A stretch of DNA of 64,000 nt from an uncultured Actinomycetota bacterium (GCA_963839625.1 CAWIWE010000021.1:2249-66248); one strand, 5' to 3'; shown: positions 21,797 through 37,962, counted from the first letter of the stretch. Notes: generated from the letters alone by a model not told the origin. Made by a program: numbers and translations.

Positions 21797-22939
21797 GTGA
21801 AATTCCGCATCGATCGCGACACGTTCGCCGACGCTGTCGCCTGGACCGCTCGCAGCCTGCCCAACCGTCCCAGCGTCCCGGTGCTCGCCGGACTGCTGAT
21901 CGAGTCCTCCGGCGACGGCCTCACACTGTCCGGGTTCGACTACGAGACGTCCACCCGGGCCACGCTGCCGGCCGAGGTCGCCGACGACGGCCGTGCCCTG
22001 GTGTCCGGTCGTCTGCTGTCGGAGATCGTCAAGTCGCTGCCGGCCAAGCCCATCGACGTCTCACTCGACGGAACCAAGGTGCAGGTCGTCTGCGGCAGCG
22101 CCCGGTTCAGCCTGCAGACCATGCCGGTCGAGGAGTACCCACAGCTGCCCGACATGCCCACCACCACCGGCACCATCAAGGCCGACGAGTTCGCCACCGC
22201 CGTTGCCCAGGCCAGTGCGGCGGCCGGCCGCGACGAGATGCTGCCCCTGCTCACGGGCGTCCGCCTGGAGCTCGAGGGATCCACCATCTCGCTGATGGCC
22301 ACCGATCGATTCCGTGCCAGCCTTCGTGAGCTCAGCTGGTACCCCGAGAAGGGTGACCTTTCGGCCCAGGCACTCGTGCCCGCGCGCGTCCTCGGCGAGA
22401 CCGCCCGCTCGCTGGTGGCCGGCGGCGACGTCACCATCGCGGTGTCATCCGGCGAAGCTGGCGACGGTCTCATCGGGTTCGAGGGTGTCGTCGGCAACGG
22501 GTCACGCCGCACCACCACACGTCTGCTCGAGGGCGATTTCCCGCGGGTCCGGCAGCTCTTCCAGGCCAAGGCCGAGACCGTCGCCTACGTCAGCACCCCT
22601 GAGTTCATCGACTCGGTCAAGCGGGTGTCACTCGTGGCCGAGCGCAACACCCCGGTGCGGCTGACGTTCGCCGACGGTCAGCTGCTGCTCGAGGCGGGCA
22701 GTGGCGACGAAGCCCAGGCGTCGGAGTCCATCGAGGCCACGATCAACGGCGCCGACATCTCGATCGGGTTCAACCCCACCTACCTGCTCGAGGGTCTCGG
22801 CGTGATGTCCGAACCCGTCGTGCACCTGTCGTTCACCCAGCACACGAAGCCGGCCGCCATCTCCGGAGTGCAGGAGATCGGATCCGACCCCGACGGGGCG
22901 TTCCGCTACCTGATCATGCCCGTCCGGCTGCAGAGCTGA
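21797..22939 (+). CDS. dnaN: DNA polymerase III beta clamp
   Basis: MKFRIDRD, PVLAG, ATDRFR, FNPTYL, YLIMPVR. Confidence 0.97.
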   Translation: MKFRIDRDTFADAVAWTARSLPNRPSVPVLAGLLIESSGDGLTLSGFDYETSTRATLPAEVADDGRALVSGRLLSEIVKSLPAKPIDVSLDGTKVQVVCGSARFSLQTMPVEEYPQLPDMPTTTGTIKADEFATAVAQASAAAGRDEMLPLLTGVRLELEGSTISLMATDRFRASLRELSWYPEKGDLSAQALVPARVLGETARSLVAGGDVTIAVSSGEAGDGLIGFEGVVGNGSRRTTTRLLEGDFPRVRQLFQAKAETVAYVSTPEFIDSVKRVSLVAERNTPVRLTFADGQLLLEAGSGDEAQASESIEATINGADISIGFNPTYLLEGLGVMSEPVVHLSFTQHTKPAAISGVQEIGSDPDGAFRYLIMPVRLQS

Positions 22940-23877
22940 TGTCGGCCGACACCATGCACATCGGTCTCGTCGGCCTCGGCAAGATGGGCGGCAACATGCG
23001 TACCCGCATGCGCAACGCCGGCCTCACCGTCATCGGCTACGACCGCGATCCCGAGCTCAGCGACGCCGGCTCCCTGGCCGAGCTGGTCGAGCAGCTGCCG
23101 TCGCCGAAGGTCGTCTGGGTCATGGTGCCGGCCGGAGCTCCCACCCAGCAGACGGTCGCCGAGCTGGGCGATCTGCTCGGTGACGGCGATGTCGTCGTCG
23201 ATGGTGGCAACTCCCGCTGGACCGACGACGAGAAGCATGCTGCCGAGCTGGCCGAGAAGAACGTCGGCTTCGTCGACTGCGGTGTCAGCGGCGGCGTCTG
23301 GGGTCTCGACAACGGCTACGCCCTGATGGCCGGCGGCGACGCCGACGACATCGCCAAGGTGCAGCCGGCATTCGACGCCCTCCGTCCCGACGACTCGTCC
23401 GGCTTCGTGCACGCCGGCCGGGTCGGTGCCGGGCACTTCTCCAAGATGGTCCACAACGGCATCGAGTACGCCATGATGCAGTCCTATGCCGAGGGCTTCG
23501 AGCTGCTCGAGAAGGTCGACATCGTCGACGACGTCACGGCCGTCTTCGACTCCTGGCGCACCGGCACCGTCGTCCGGTCCTGGCTGCTCGACCTCCTGGT
23601 CAACGCCCTGCAGGACGATCCGGGCCTGAGCAAGGTTCGCGGCTATGCCGAGGACTCGGGCGAAGGACGCTGGACGGTCGAGGCGGCCATCGACCACGCG
23701 GTCCCGCTCAACACGATCGCCGCCTCGCTGTTCGCGCGGTTCGCCTCCCGGCAGGACGAGTCGCCGGCCATGCAGGCGGTGGCCGCCATGCGCCAGCAGT
23801 TCGGTGGTCACGCGGTGCAGGCTGCCGAGGAGGTCGGCCTCGACTCCGCTGACCCCGACACGTCCGACCCCGTCTAG
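22939..23877 (+). CDS. gnd: 6-phosphogluconate dehydrogenase (decarboxylating, short GntZ type)
   Basis: [39 protein letters not shown]; alternative start 22954. Confidence 0.93.
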   Translation: MSADTMHIGLVGLGKMGGNMRTRMRNAGLTVIGYDRDPELSDAGSLAELVEQLPSPKVVWVMVPAGAPTQQTVAELGDLLGDGDVVVDGGNSRWTDDEKHAAELAEKNVGFVDCGVSGGVWGLDNGYALMAGGDADDIAKVQPAFDALRPDDSSGFVHAGRVGAGHFSKMVHNGIEYAMMQSYAEGFELLEKVDIVDDVTAVFDSWRTGTVVRSWLLDLLVNALQDDPGLSKVRGYAEDSGEGRWTVEAAIDHAVPLNTIAASLFARFASRQDESPAMQAVAAMRQQFGGHAVQAAEEVGLDSADPDTSDPV

Positions 23878-23881
23878 CCCG

Positions 23882-25012
23882 ATGTACGTCGCCCGGCTCG
23901 TCCTGCACGACTTCCGGTCGTATCCGCAGACCGAGCTCGACCTCGAGCCCGGGCCGACCGCGTTCATCGGCGCGAACGGCCAGGGCAAGACCAACCTGGT
24001 CGAGGCCATCGACTACGTGTCGCGACTCGACTCGCACCGCGTCTCCGGCGACGCCCCGCTCGTGCGGGTGGGCGCCGAGCAGGCGGTCGTCCGCGTCGAG
24101 GTGCGCCGCGACGACCGGACGGCACTGCTGGAGGTCGAGATCACGCCCGGCCGGGCCAATCGGGCGCGCGTCAACGGATCGGCTCTGCCGCGAACGCGGG
24201 ACGTCGTGGGCATCCTGCGCACGGTCATGTTCTCGCCCGAGGATCTCGCCCTGGTCAAGGGCGACCCGTCCGACCGGCGTCACTTCCTCGACGCCCTGCT
24301 GACGTTGCGCACGCCGCGGCTGGGTGGCGTCAAGTCCGACTACGACCGGGTGCTCAAGCAGCGGAACGCCCTACTCAAGTCAGCCAGGGGTCGGCAGGGC
24401 TCGGTCGACCTTTCCACCCTCGACATCTGGGACGACAAGCTCGCCACCCTGGGCGGCGAGATCGTCGCCCACCGGCTCACGCTGCTCGACGGTCTCGCAC
24501 CGCACCTGGCCTCGGCGTACCTGGACGTGGCGGCGGAGGCGCCGTCCGACCGCCGGGATGTCCGGGCCACCTACAAGGCGTCGGTTGACCTTCCTCCCGA
24601 TGCCGCCGGCGACCCCGCGACGGTGCGCACGGCCCTGCTGGCCGGTATCGAGAGCCGCCGTCGTGACGAGCTCGAGCGCGGCATCAGCCTCGTCGGACCA
24701 CATCGTGACGAGGCCGTGCTCGAGATCGGCGACATGCCGGCCAAGGGCTACGCGAGCCACGGTGAGTCCTGGTCGCTGGCGCTGGCGCTGCGGCTGGCGT
24801 CGTTCGCGCTCCTGCGCGAGGAGGGCGACGACCCGGTGCTCATCCTCGACGACGTCTTCGCCGAACTCGATCAAGGACGACGCGAGCAGCTGGCCGGGCT
24901 CGTCGGCGACGCCGAGCAGGTTCTGGTCACCGCCGCGGTGGCCGACGACGTGCCCAAGGCGCTGCTCGGCCGACGCTTCCGCGTCGAGGGCGGACGCGTG
25001 CAGCATGACTGA
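23882..25012 (+). CDS. recF: DNA replication/repair protein RecF
   Basis: [36 protein letters not shown]. Confidence 0.96.
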   Translation: MYVARLVLHDFRSYPQTELDLEPGPTAFIGANGQGKTNLVEAIDYVSRLDSHRVSGDAPLVRVGAEQAVVRVEVRRDDRTALLEVEITPGRANRARVNGSALPRTRDVVGILRTVMFSPEDLALVKGDPSDRRHFLDALLTLRTPRLGGVKSDYDRVLKQRNALLKSARGRQGSVDLSTLDIWDDKLATLGGEIVAHRLTLLDGLAPHLASAYLDVAAEAPSDRRDVRATYKASVDLPPDAAGDPATVRTALLAGIESRRRDELERGISLVGPHRDEAVLEIGDMPAKGYASHGESWSLALALRLASFALLREEGDDPVLILDDVFAELDQGRREQLAGLVGDAEQVLVTAAVADDVPKALLGRRFRVEGGRVQHD

Positions 25013-25514
25013 GCCACCTGAGCCGGAGGGCATCCCTGACGAGCCCGACACCCTCGGGCTGGCCCGCGACATCGCCGACTCCTACCGTGGCGGCACCGCG
25101 TCCGGTCCACCACGCCGCAGGCGCCCACCGCCGGCATCCCCGCGCCGGGCCAAGCGCGACGACCCGTCCCGTCTGGCTGACGTGCTCGGTGAGATGACCC
25201 GCGACCGTGGCTGGGACGAGCGGATCCAGGCGCAACGCGTGTTCACCGACTGGGCCGGCATCGTGGGTGCGGAGATCGCCGCCCACTCACACGTGGACGC
25301 CTTCGAGGACGGGATCGTCTCGATCGTCGCCGACTCCACGGCGTGGGCCAAGGAGCTGAAGCTTCTTGCATCCCGCATCGTCCATCGGCTCAACGATGAG
25401 CTGGGTCACGGCACGGTGCTGCGCATCGACGTCCGCGGACCCCAGGCACCGTCGTGGAAGAAGGGCAAGCGCACGATCCGCGACGCCCGCGGCCCGCGCG
25501 ACACCTACGGCTGA
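25005..25514 (+). CDS. dciA: DUF721/DciA helicase-loader family protein
   Basis: WAGIVG..IAAH, ADSTAWA, GPRDTYG C-terminus; position after recF. Confidence 0.88.
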   Translation: MTEPPEPEGIPDEPDTLGLARDIADSYRGGTASGPPRRRRPPPASPRRAKRDDPSRLADVLGEMTRDRGWDERIQAQRVFTDWAGIVGAEIAAHSHVDAFEDGIVSIVADSTAWAKELKLLASRIVHRLNDELGHGTVLRIDVRGPQAPSWKKGKRTIRDARGPRDTYG

Positions 25515-26296
25515 CGGGTCGTCGGCGAGATGCGTTCCATCGCTCCTACGGTCAGCGCGGTTGCCAACACCATCACGCCGAGCACCACCGTCGCCTCGAG
25601 AAAGCCGCTCCATCCGTAGGCCGGGCGCACCCCGATGGCGACGAGCAGCACGAGTGCCCCCGCTGCTCCGGCCAGCGACCCGACCACCACGCCCGGCGTC
25701 GCCCGGTGCGAACCGCCGACCAGCATCGACCCCAGGGCGGTCCAGATGAGACACACGGCCAGGGCGGCCACGATGTCGGCAGGGCGGTGCCATCCCGCGA
25801 CGATGGTGGAGGCTCCGGTGATCGCCACCGCGAATCCGCCGGCCACCACGAGCAGCAGACGCAACGCCCGGGGCGTCACCAGCAGCAGGGCTCCGACCGC
25901 ACTGGCGACGACCGTGGTGTGTCCGCTCGGCAGGCTGTTGGGGGCGATGACGTCGAGCGCCGACCTCTCCAGCAGGACCTCCTTGAGGAGCTGGGTGGTG
26001 AGGTTGGCGCCAACGATCACCATGAGCGCTGCAGCCGCGAGACGGACTCGGCCGCGCATGATCGCCAGCACGACGCAGACCACCGAGACCGCCAGCACCG
26101 CGCCGATCGAGACGCGACCGAGCACGCTCAGCACGGTCAGCTCGGCGTCGCGCCCGGCCACCACAGCCAGCCTGGCCCGCTCGTCGAGACGCTGCCCGGC
26201 ACCGGTGTGCAGGGCGATGAGAGTCACCGCCAGGAGCACGCCGATGGCACCCACGGCGGCGGCCAGCGGGGTCGCGACAGACTGGGGTCGATGCAT
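25505..26296 (-). CDS. PAP2-family membrane phosphatase
   Basis: LLKEVLLER, NSLPSGHT, GWHRPADI; multiple TMs. Confidence 0.85.
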   Translation of the reverse strand: MHRPQSVATPLAAAVGAIGVLLAVTLIALHTGAGQRLDERARLAVVAGRDAELTVLSVLGRVSIGAVLAVSVVCVVLAIMRGRVRLAAAALMVIVGANLTTQLLKEVLLERSALDVIAPNSLPSGHTTVVASAVGALLLVTPRALRLLLVVAGGFAVAITGASTIVAGWHRPADIVAALAVCLIWTALGSMLVGGSHRATPGVVVGSLAGAAGALVLLVAIGVRPAYGWSGFLEATVVLGVMVLATALTVGAMERISPTTRQP

Positions 26297-26495
26297 CGTG
26301 AAGCTCACTCCACCACGATGACGGATCGGGCCAACCCGCCGACGAGCGGGGGCGGCGATCTGAGCGATTTGGGCCAGTTCGGACGTACAGGGCATGAGGA
26401 GAGGCCCTGCGGACACGTCTCAGACCCGCTCCTGACGCGCTCAAGGCCATCTGAGGGCTCGTTCACGTCGATCGACACAGGCCCACCAACGCTGA

Positions 26496-28523
<2,028 letters not shown>

Positions 28524-28552
28524 TCCGTTTCGACACCCGGGAGAACTGAACT

Positions 28553-31146
<2,594 letters not shown>

Positions 31147-31150
<4 letters not shown>

Positions 31151-31803
31151 GCAACCCGGACGACCAGGCACCGAGCAGCGCCGCTCGGCGGGTCCCTTCT
31201 GCCAGGACGCCGACGAAGAAGAAGTCGGCCCAGCCGAAGAAGCCCCCCAACGTGGGCGGTCCTCCCAAGGGCAAGCCGCACGTCGTCGATCCGATCGAGG
31301 CCGCCGACAACGGTCGCCCTACCAAGAGCTCCGCGGCCACGACGGCCGTCGCCCCCCAGGTCAAGAAGGACAAACCCCGGGCCGCCAGGCCGGCGCCGAA
31401 GGCCCGGCCGCAAAGCGCTCCGTCGCCGACGCCCCAGCCCGGTCGGCGCGCGAGCCTGCGTCTCGTGCACGTCGAGCCGTGGTCGGTCACACGGTTGGCC
31501 TTCGTGGTCTCGGTCGCGATGATGATCGTCGCCACCGTTGCGGTCTCGATCTTCTGGCTCGTGCTCAGTGTCACCGGCGTCTGGGGGCAGATCAACGACA
31601 GCGTCACGTCGGTGCTCAGCGACGACGGCGGCACCTTCGACATCAAGGACTACCTCGGGTTCGGCCGGCTGTTCGGGCTCACGCTCGTGCTGTCGGCGAT
31701 CAACGTCGTCCTGATGACCGCGCTGGCCACGATCGGAGCCCATCTGTACAACCTCGCGGCCCAGCTGCTCGGCGGCCTCGAGGTCACCTTCAGTGACGAC
31801 TGA
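31147..31803 (+). CDS. DUF3566 membrane protein
   Basis: Pro/Lys-rich N-terminus, VEPWSV, two TMs, LYNLAA..LGGLEVT; conserved after gyrA. Confidence 0.88.
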
Positions 31804-31863
31804 GGCAGCTCGTACCGATTCGATTCGAGGGCGCGCCGTACGGTAACGTTGCGCGCTGTTGTG

Positions 31864-31938
31864 GGGCCTATAGCTCAGCCCGGTTAGAGCGCTTCCCTGA
31901 TAAGGAAGAGGTCCCTGGTTCAAGTCCAGGTAGGCCCA
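31864..31938 (+). tRNA. tRNA-Ile(GAT)
   Basis: GGGCCTA/TAGGCCC acceptor stem, anticodon loop CTGATAA, T-loop GGTTCAAGTCC; CCA not encoded. Confidence 0.96.
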
Positions 31939-31969
31939 CTTCACCCACACCCCGAAATGCGGAGGAACC

Positions 31970-32107
31970 ATGAAGAAGATCATCGTTTTGGTGGCTGCCG
32001 CGGCAGGTCTGGCGTGGGCGGTCGGCAAGTCGAAGGTGGCCCAGGGCTCGGCCCAGGACGCGGCCAAGCCGGCCGACCCGTGGGCCCAGGCGTCCGACCG
32101 GGTCTGA
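31970..32107 (+). CDS. Small membrane protein, DLW-39-like (45 aa)
   Basis: GGAGG RBS; MKKIIVLVAAAAGLAWAVGK...ADPWAQASDRV; typical position after tRNA-Ile; absent from the ORF track. Confidence 0.75.
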   Translation: MKKIIVLVAAAAGLAWAVGKSKVAQGSAQDAAKPADPWAQASDRV

Positions 32108-32138
32108 CCCACCGGCACCACCCCGGTGTCGACCACTG

Positions 32139-32211
32139 GGGGCTGTGGCGCAATTGGTAGCGCACCTGCTTTGCAAGCAGGGGGTTAGGGGTTCGAGTCC
32201 CCTCAGCTCCA
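32139..32211 (+). tRNA. tRNA-Ala(TGC)
   Basis: GGGGCTG/CAGCTCC stem with G3:U70, anticodon loop TTTGCAA, GGTTCGAGTCC; CCA not encoded. Confidence 0.96.
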
Positions 32212-32297
32212 CCGCAACAACATCCTGATCTCCTCCTCTGGATCGAGGCGGTCCCTCGAGCGGCTGGCCGACGACATCCGTATGCCCTCTTGTCTTT

Positions 32298-32339
32298 TAC
32301 CCCATGGGGGTATACGGTACCAATACCGGAGGGGGGTAT
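32298..32339. promoter_or_regulatory. Tandem CsoR operators
   Basis: TACCCCATGGGGGTA 32298-32312 and ATACCGGAGGGGGGTAT 32323-32339 (TACC...GGTA with C/G tracts). Confidence 0.85.
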
Positions 32340-32373
32340 GCATGACCGAACCCCACGCCTTGAAGGGAACGCC

Positions 32374-32691
32374 ATGAGCCAGACCGAGCCGACCACCAGC
32401 CACCAGCACGGCTACATCGCCAACGACAGCAAGGGCGACTACCTCAAGCGGTTGCGCCGGATCGAGGGCCAGGCCCGCGGTCTTCAGCGCATGGTCGAGG
32501 AGGAGCAGTACTGCATCGACATCCTGACGCAGGTGTCGGCGATGACGAAGGCACTGCAGTCCGTGGCGCTCGGCCTGCTCGACGAGCACCTGAGCCACTG
32601 CGTGGTCGATGCCGCCCGCGAGGGCGGACCCGAGGCGGAGATCAAGGTCAAGGAAGCCTCCGACGCGATCTCACGCCTCGTGCGGTCCTGA
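32374..32691 (+). CDS. csoR: Copper-sensing repressor CsoR
   Basis: RLRRIEGQARG, YCIDIL, HLSHC (Cys-His-Cys ligands). Confidence 0.93.
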   Translation: MSQTEPTTSHQHGYIANDSKGDYLKRLRRIEGQARGLQRMVEEEQYCIDILTQVSAMTKALQSVALGLLDEHLSHCVVDAAREGGPEAEIKVKEASDAISRLVRS

Positions 32692-32719
32692 CCCGTCCAT
32701 CACCCATGAGGGAGACACC

Positions 32720-32926
32720 ATGAGCCAGATGAACACCTACACCGTGGCGGGCATGCACTGCGATCACTGCGTGGCCTCCGTCGGCGAAGAGGTCCAGGAG
32801 ATCCCCGGCGTCCAGGACGTCGAGGTGGTCCTCGAGTCCGGAGCCCTGACTTTCACCAGCGCAGAACCGGTCGACGTGGCCGCCGTGAAGGCCGCCGTCG
32901 AAGAGGCCGGTTACCAGCTCGCATGA
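32720..32926 (+). CDS. copZ: Copper chaperone (HMA domain)
   Basis: GMHCDHC metal motif, VEEAGY; GGAG RBS. Confidence 0.92.
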   Translation: MSQMNTYTVAGMHCDHCVASVGEEVQEIPGVQDVEVVLESGALTFTSAEPVDVAAVKAAVEEAGYQLA

Positions 32927-33819
32927 ACACCCCGACCCGGGTCGCCGGCTTCCTCGTCGCCCTCGGTGCCGTCTTCGGCATCGCGCTGGGCGTCGGGCAG
33001 GCGGTCGGCCCGAGTACAGACAAAGCGTCCAACACCACCGCGGCTCCTGACGCAGGAGAGGACGTCCCAGGAGGACTCATGATCTCCCAGAGCGGATACA
33101 CCTTCGGCCTGGCCGATCGGCAGGCCCGGCCCGGACGTGATGTCGGCATCTCGTTCACCATCGACGGCCCGACGGGCAAGCCGGTGACCGAGTACGAGGT
33201 CGAGCACGAGAAGCGGCTGCACCTGATCGCGGTCCGCCGTGACTTCACCGGCTTCCAGCACGTTCACCCCGAGCTGGGGCCGGACGGCGTGTGGTCGACG
33301 AAGCTCGACCTCACCGCCGGGCAGTGGAGGCTGTTCGCCGACTTCAAAGCCGCGGACGCAGACGCCCTCACCCTGGGCGCGGACCTGGCGGTCGACGGCG
33401 ACTACCGACCGGAGGCGCCTGCCGGCGACTCCCGCACGGCGCAGGTCGACGGCTACACCGTCACGCTCGACGGCGACCTGACGGCCGGGAAGGACTCGAA
33501 GCTCACCCTGGACGTGTCGCGAGATGGCAAGCGGGTCACCGACCTGCAGCCCTACCTCGGCGCGTACGGCCACCTCGTCGCTTTGCGATCGGGGGACCTG
33601 GCCTACCTGCACGTCCACCCCGACGGAACTCCCGGCGATGGGAAGACCCAGCCCGGGCCGGAGGTCGTCTTCTACGCCGCGGTGCCCAGTGCCGGCACCT
33701 ATCACCTGTTCCTGGACTTCCGGCACGACGGCGTCGTCAGGACGGCCGCCTTCACCGTCAGCACCGGAAAGGCCGCGCAGGCCGAGGAGAAGGAGTCGTC
33801 CGATGACCACGGGCACTGA
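32923..33819 (+). CDS. Membrane-anchored His-rich protein of the copper operon
   Basis: N-terminal TM; two internal repeats each with HL and HVHP; overlaps copZ and copA. Confidence 0.75.
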   Translation: MNTPTRVAGFLVALGAVFGIALGVGQAVGPSTDKASNTTAAPDAGEDVPGGLMISQSGYTFGLADRQARPGRDVGISFTIDGPTGKPVTEYEVEHEKRLHLIAVRRDFTGFQHVHPELGPDGVWSTKLDLTAGQWRLFADFKAADADALTLGADLAVDGDYRPEAPAGDSRTAQVDGYTVTLDGDLTAGKDSKLTLDVSRDGKRVTDLQPYLGAYGHLVALRSGDLAYLHVHPDGTPGDGKTQPGPEVVFYAAVPSAGTYHLFLDFRHDGVVRTAAFTVSTGKAAQAEEKESSDDHGH

Positions 33820-36082
33820 CGTCGAGCTGGTGATCAGCGGCATGACCTGCGCCTCCTGCGCCAATCGCATCGAGCGAAAGCTCAACAAGCTCGACGGGGT
33901 CGTCGCCACGGTGAACTACGCCACCGAGAAGGCCAAGGTCACCTACCCGGCCGACGTCAGTCCCGATGTGCTCGTGGAGACGGTCGAGCAGGCCGGGTAC
34001 GGCGCCGCACTGCCTCGGGTCGAAAGCCGCGAGGGCGAAGTTCCCGAGGTCGACCCGACTCGTTCACTGCGGGATCGGTTGCTGGTCTCGATCGTCTTGA
34101 CCGTTCCGGTCATCGCGATGGCCATGGTCCCGGCGCTGCAGTTCACCTTCTGGCAGTGGCTCTCGCTGACCCTCGCAGCTCCGGTCGTCGTGTGGGGCGC
34201 CTGGCCGTTCCACCGCGCCGCCTGGCTCAACCTCCGCCATGGAACGTCCACGATGGACACCCTGATCTCGCTGGGCACTCTCGCGGCCCTGGGCTGGTCG
34301 GTCTATGCCCTGTTCTGGGGCACCGCCGGCACGCCCGGCATGACGCATCCGTTCGAGCTCACCGTGGAGCGCTCCGACGGGGCCGGGAACATCTACCTCG
34401 AGGCCGCGGCCGGGGTGACCACGTTCATCCTGGCCGGGCGCTACTTCGAGGTCCGGTCCAAGCGACGGGCCGGCGCGGCGCTGCGTGCCTTGCTGGAGCT
34501 GGGCGCCAAGGACGTGGCGGTGCTCCGAGACGGACCTGCTGGCCCGACCGAGGAACGCATTCCCACCGAGCAGCTGACCACCGGCATGCGGTTCGTCGTC
34601 CGCCCCGGCGAGAAGATCGCCACCGATGGAACGATCGAGGATGGAACTTCGGCCGTCGACGCCTCGATGCTCACCGGGGAGTCCGTGCCCGTCGACGTGG
34701 GCCCCGGCGATCCCGTCGTCGGAGCAACGGTCAACGCGGGCGGCCGGATCGTCGTCCGCGCCACCAGGGTCGGCGCCGACACCCAGCTCGTCCAGATGGC
34801 CCGTCTCGTGGAGGACGCGCAGAACGGCAAGGCCGAGGCTCAGCGTCTGGCCGACCGCATCTCCGGCATCTTCGTGCCGATCGTGATCGGCCTGTCGGTC
34901 GGGACACTCGGGTTCTGGATCGGCAGCGGTGCCGGACTCGCGACAGCGTTCACCGCGGCGGTCGCGGTGCTGATCATCGCCTGCCCGTGCGCCCTCGGCC
35001 TGGCCACGCCCACCGCCCTGATGGTCGGCACCGGTCGTGGTGCCCAGCTCGGCATCCTGATCAAGGGGCCCGAGGTCCTCGAGTCCACCCGCCGTGTCGA
35101 CACCGTCGTGCTCGACAAGACCGGCACCGTCACCACGGGCCAGATGACGTTGCGCGACGTCATTGCGGCCGACGGCGAGAACGCAGACGAGGTGCTGCGG
35201 CTGGCCGGCGCCCTCGAGGACGCCTCGGAGCACCCGATCGCCCAGGCCGTCGCCACCGGCGCGCGCGAACGCATCGGAACCCTGCCCCGGGTCGAGGACT
35301 TCGCCAACGTCGAAGGCCTCGGCGTCCAGGGCATCGTCCAGGGCAGCGACACGACGCACGCCGTCCTGGTGGGCCGCCCTCGCCTGCTGGAGGACTGGTC
35401 CCAGCCGCTGTCCACCGAGCTCCAGCAGGCACTGGTCGATGCCCAGGCCACTGGCGGCACGGCCGTCGCCGTCGGCTGGGACGGAGCTTCTCGTGGCGTC
35501 ATCGTCGTGGCTGATGCCGTCAAGCCCACCTCGGCCGTGGCCGTCGGGCAGCTGCGGGAGCTGGGCCTCCGCCCGGTGCTGTTGACCGGTGACAACGAGA
35601 TGACGGCCAAGGCCGTGGCAGCAGAGGTGGGCATCGACGAGAGCGACGTCATCGCCGACGTGCTGCCGGCCGACAAGGTCGATGTCGTGAAGCGACTGCA
35701 GTCCGAGGGTCGCGTCGTCGCCATGGTCGGCGACGGCGTCAACGATGCCGCGGCGCTCGCGCAGGCCGACCTCGGCCTGGCCATGGGCACCGGCACCGAC
35801 GTGGCCATCGAGGCCAGCGACCTGACGCTGGTCCGGGGTGACCTGAGGGTCGCAGCGGACGCGATCCGGCTCTCTCGCCGCACCCTGAGCACGATCAAGG
35901 GCAACCTGTTCTGGGCGTTCGCCTACAACGTCGCCGCCCTGCCGTTGGCCGCGGCCGGGCTGCTCAACCCGATGCTTGCCGGGGCCGCGATGGCGTTCTC
36001 CTCGGTGTTCGTGGTGAGCAACAGCCTGCGTCTGCGCCGGTTCCGCCCACTGACCCAAGGTGCGAACCGAGTAAGGTCTTGA
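33803..36082 (+). CDS. copA: Cu-translocating P1B-type ATPase
   Basis: GMTCASC, TGES, CPC, DKTGT, SEHP, GDGVND, YN and MAFSS Cu(I) ligands. Confidence 0.95.
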   Translation: MTTGTDVELVISGMTCASCANRIERKLNKLDGVVATVNYATEKAKVTYPADVSPDVLVETVEQAGYGAALPRVESREGEVPEVDPTRSLRDRLLVSIVLTVPVIAMAMVPALQFTFWQWLSLTLAAPVVVWGAWPFHRAAWLNLRHGTSTMDTLISLGTLAALGWSVYALFWGTAGTPGMTHPFELTVERSDGAGNIYLEAAAGVTTFILAGRYFEVRSKRRAGAALRALLELGAKDVAVLRDGPAGPTEERIPTEQLTTGMRFVVRPGEKIATDGTIEDGTSAVDASMLTGESVPVDVGPGDPVVGATVNAGGRIVVRATRVGADTQLVQMARLVEDAQNGKAEAQRLADRISGIFVPIVIGLSVGTLGFWIGSGAGLATAFTAAVAVLIIACPCALGLATPTALMVGTGRGAQLGILIKGPEVLESTRRVDTVVLDKTGTVTTGQMTLRDVIAADGENADEVLRLAGALEDASEHPIAQAVATGARERIGTLPRVEDFANVEGLGVQGIVQGSDTTHAVLVGRPRLLEDWSQPLSTELQQALVDAQATGGTAVAVGWDGASRGVIVVADAVKPTSAVAVGQLRELGLRPVLLTGDNEMTAKAVAAEVGIDESDVIADVLPADKVDVVKRLQSEGRVVAMVGDGVNDAAALAQADLGLAMGTGTDVAIEASDLTLVRGDLRVAADAIRLSRRTLSTIKGNLFWAFAYNVAALPLAAAGLLNPMLAGAAMAFSSVFVVSNSLRLRRFRPLTQGANRVRS

Positions 36083-36120
36083 AATCATCCGCTGGGACGG
36101 GAAACGAAAGGACTTCATCG

Positions 36121-37962
36121 ATGGTTGATGTTGACCAGGTGCTCGACGAGGCCGGCCTGAAGAATCCGCACGTGCGCGAGTACGTCCAACGCTGGGCCGA
36201 GCACACGGGTGCAGAGCGCGTCGAGGTCGTGAGTGCGAGCGACGACGCCCGCCTGATCGAGGAGTCGCTCGCGGCCGGTGAGATCTTCCCTGCCGGCGAG
36301 GGGCGCTACTACTCACGCAGCTATCACAAGGACACCGCGCGCACTGAAGAGCGCACCATCGTCGCCACCAGCAATCCCGACGACGCCGGCGTCTACAACA
36401 ACTGGCGTCACGCCGACGAGATGAAGCCGATGCTCGAGGAGCGCATGCGCGGCGCGTCGGCCGGCAAGACGATGTACGTCATTCCTTACCTGATGGCCCC
36501 ACCCGGTTCGCCGTTGGAGAAGTACGCCGCAGGCGTCGAGCTCACCGACCACCGCACGGTGGTGTTGCACATGATCCGGATGGCGCGGGTCGGCGTCGAG
36601 CACATCGACAACCTGTCCGAGCCGGACAGCTTCGTCCGCGCGGTGCACGTCACCGGTGATCTCGAGAACCTCGGCCAGGGAACTCCCGAGGACCAGCGCT
36701 ACTTCGTGACGGTTGCCGACGAGCGCACCGTCCTGCACTTCGGCTCCTCCTACGGCGGCAACGCCCTGCTCGGCAAGATCGCGCACGGACTCCGTCAGGC
36801 CTGCTACGACGGTTGGGCATCCCGCGAGTTCCTCGCCGAACAGTTCATGCTCATCGGCATCGAGGACCGTGAGACCGGCCGGACGTACCACATCTGCGGC
36901 GGCTTCCCGAGCGCGTCGGGCAAGACCAACCTGGCCATGATGTTGGCGCCGGATGTCCTCGGCGAGCGCTACCACGTCACCTTCTACGGCGACGACATCG
37001 CCTGGCTGTGGGTCGACCCCGACGACGGCAAGCTCTACGGCCTCAACCCCGAGTACGGCGTCTTCGGCGTCGCCAAGGACACCAACGCCTCCACCAACCC
37101 GGTGGCGCTCGACTCGATCGCCGAGGGCACCGGCACGCTGTTCACGAACGTCGCCTACAACACCGAGACGGAGGAGGTCTGGTGGGAGGGCAAGACGCCC
37201 GAGCCGCCGTCCGACCTCACCGGGTGGCACGACTGGATGGGCAACTCGATCGCCGATCGGTCTGAGCGAGACGACTCGCCGTGGGCGCACCCGAACAGCC
37301 GCTTCACCACCACGCTCACCAACGTCCCGAACGTCGCCGACGACATCAACGACCCGAAGGGCGTCCCGATCGACGGCATCATCTTCGGCGGACGCACCCG
37401 CGACCGCGAGCCGCTGATCCGGGCCATCGCCGACACGGCCGGGGGCGTCTACGACGGGCTCACCCTGGGCGCCGAGGCCACGTTCGCCACGGAGGGCATC
37501 GAGGGCCAGCTGCGCTACGACCCGATGTCGATGCGGCCGTTCATGGCCTATCCCGAGGGCGCCTACGCCGAGCACTGGTTGCGGGTCATCGGGCAGGCCA
37601 CCGAGCAGCCGATCTTCGCGCACGTCAACTGGTTCCAGCGTGATCCCGACGACGGCCATTTCCTGTGGCCGGGGTATCGCGACAACCTGCGGCCGCTGCT
37701 ATGGCTGATGCAGCTCAAGAACGGAGAGGTGTCAGGTCGCCAGACCCCCGTCGGCATCATCCCGACCGAGGACGAGCTCAACCTCGAGGACGTCGAGATC
37801 ACCGCGGGCGACCTCGAGACGATCCTGTCGATCGACACCGATCGCTGGAGCCAGGAGATGGCCAACCGCGAGGAGCACCTGAAGCTCTTCAACGGCATGC
37901 CGGAGGCCATCTGGGCGGCGCACCGTGACATGGCTGCCGCCGTCGAGGCCGAGAAGGACTGA
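36121..37962 (+). CDS. pckG: GTP-dependent phosphoenolpyruvate carboxykinase (divergent)
   Basis: DTARTE, SYGGNALLGK, FPSASGKTNLAM, GDDIAW, AHPNSRF, IIFGGR, VNWF, LWPGY. Confidence 0.88.
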   Translation: MVDVDQVLDEAGLKNPHVREYVQRWAEHTGAERVEVVSASDDARLIEESLAAGEIFPAGEGRYYSRSYHKDTARTEERTIVATSNPDDAGVYNNWRHADEMKPMLEERMRGASAGKTMYVIPYLMAPPGSPLEKYAAGVELTDHRTVVLHMIRMARVGVEHIDNLSEPDSFVRAVHVTGDLENLGQGTPEDQRYFVTVADERTVLHFGSSYGGNALLGKIAHGLRQACYDGWASREFLAEQFMLIGIEDRETGRTYHICGGFPSASGKTNLAMMLAPDVLGERYHVTFYGDDIAWLWVDPDDGKLYGLNPEYGVFGVAKDTNASTNPVALDSIAEGTGTLFTNVAYNTETEEVWWEGKTPEPPSDLTGWHDWMGNSIADRSERDDSPWAHPNSRFTTTLTNVPNVADDINDPKGVPIDGIIFGGRTRDREPLIRAIADTAGGVYDGLTLGAEATFATEGIEGQLRYDPMSMRPFMAYPEGAYAEHWLRVIGQATEQPIFAHVNWFQRDPDDGHFLWPGYRDNLRPLLWLMQLKNGEVSGRQTPVGIIPTEDELNLEDVEITAGDLETILSIDTDRWSQEMANREEHLKLFNGMPEAIWAAHRDMAAAVEAEKD

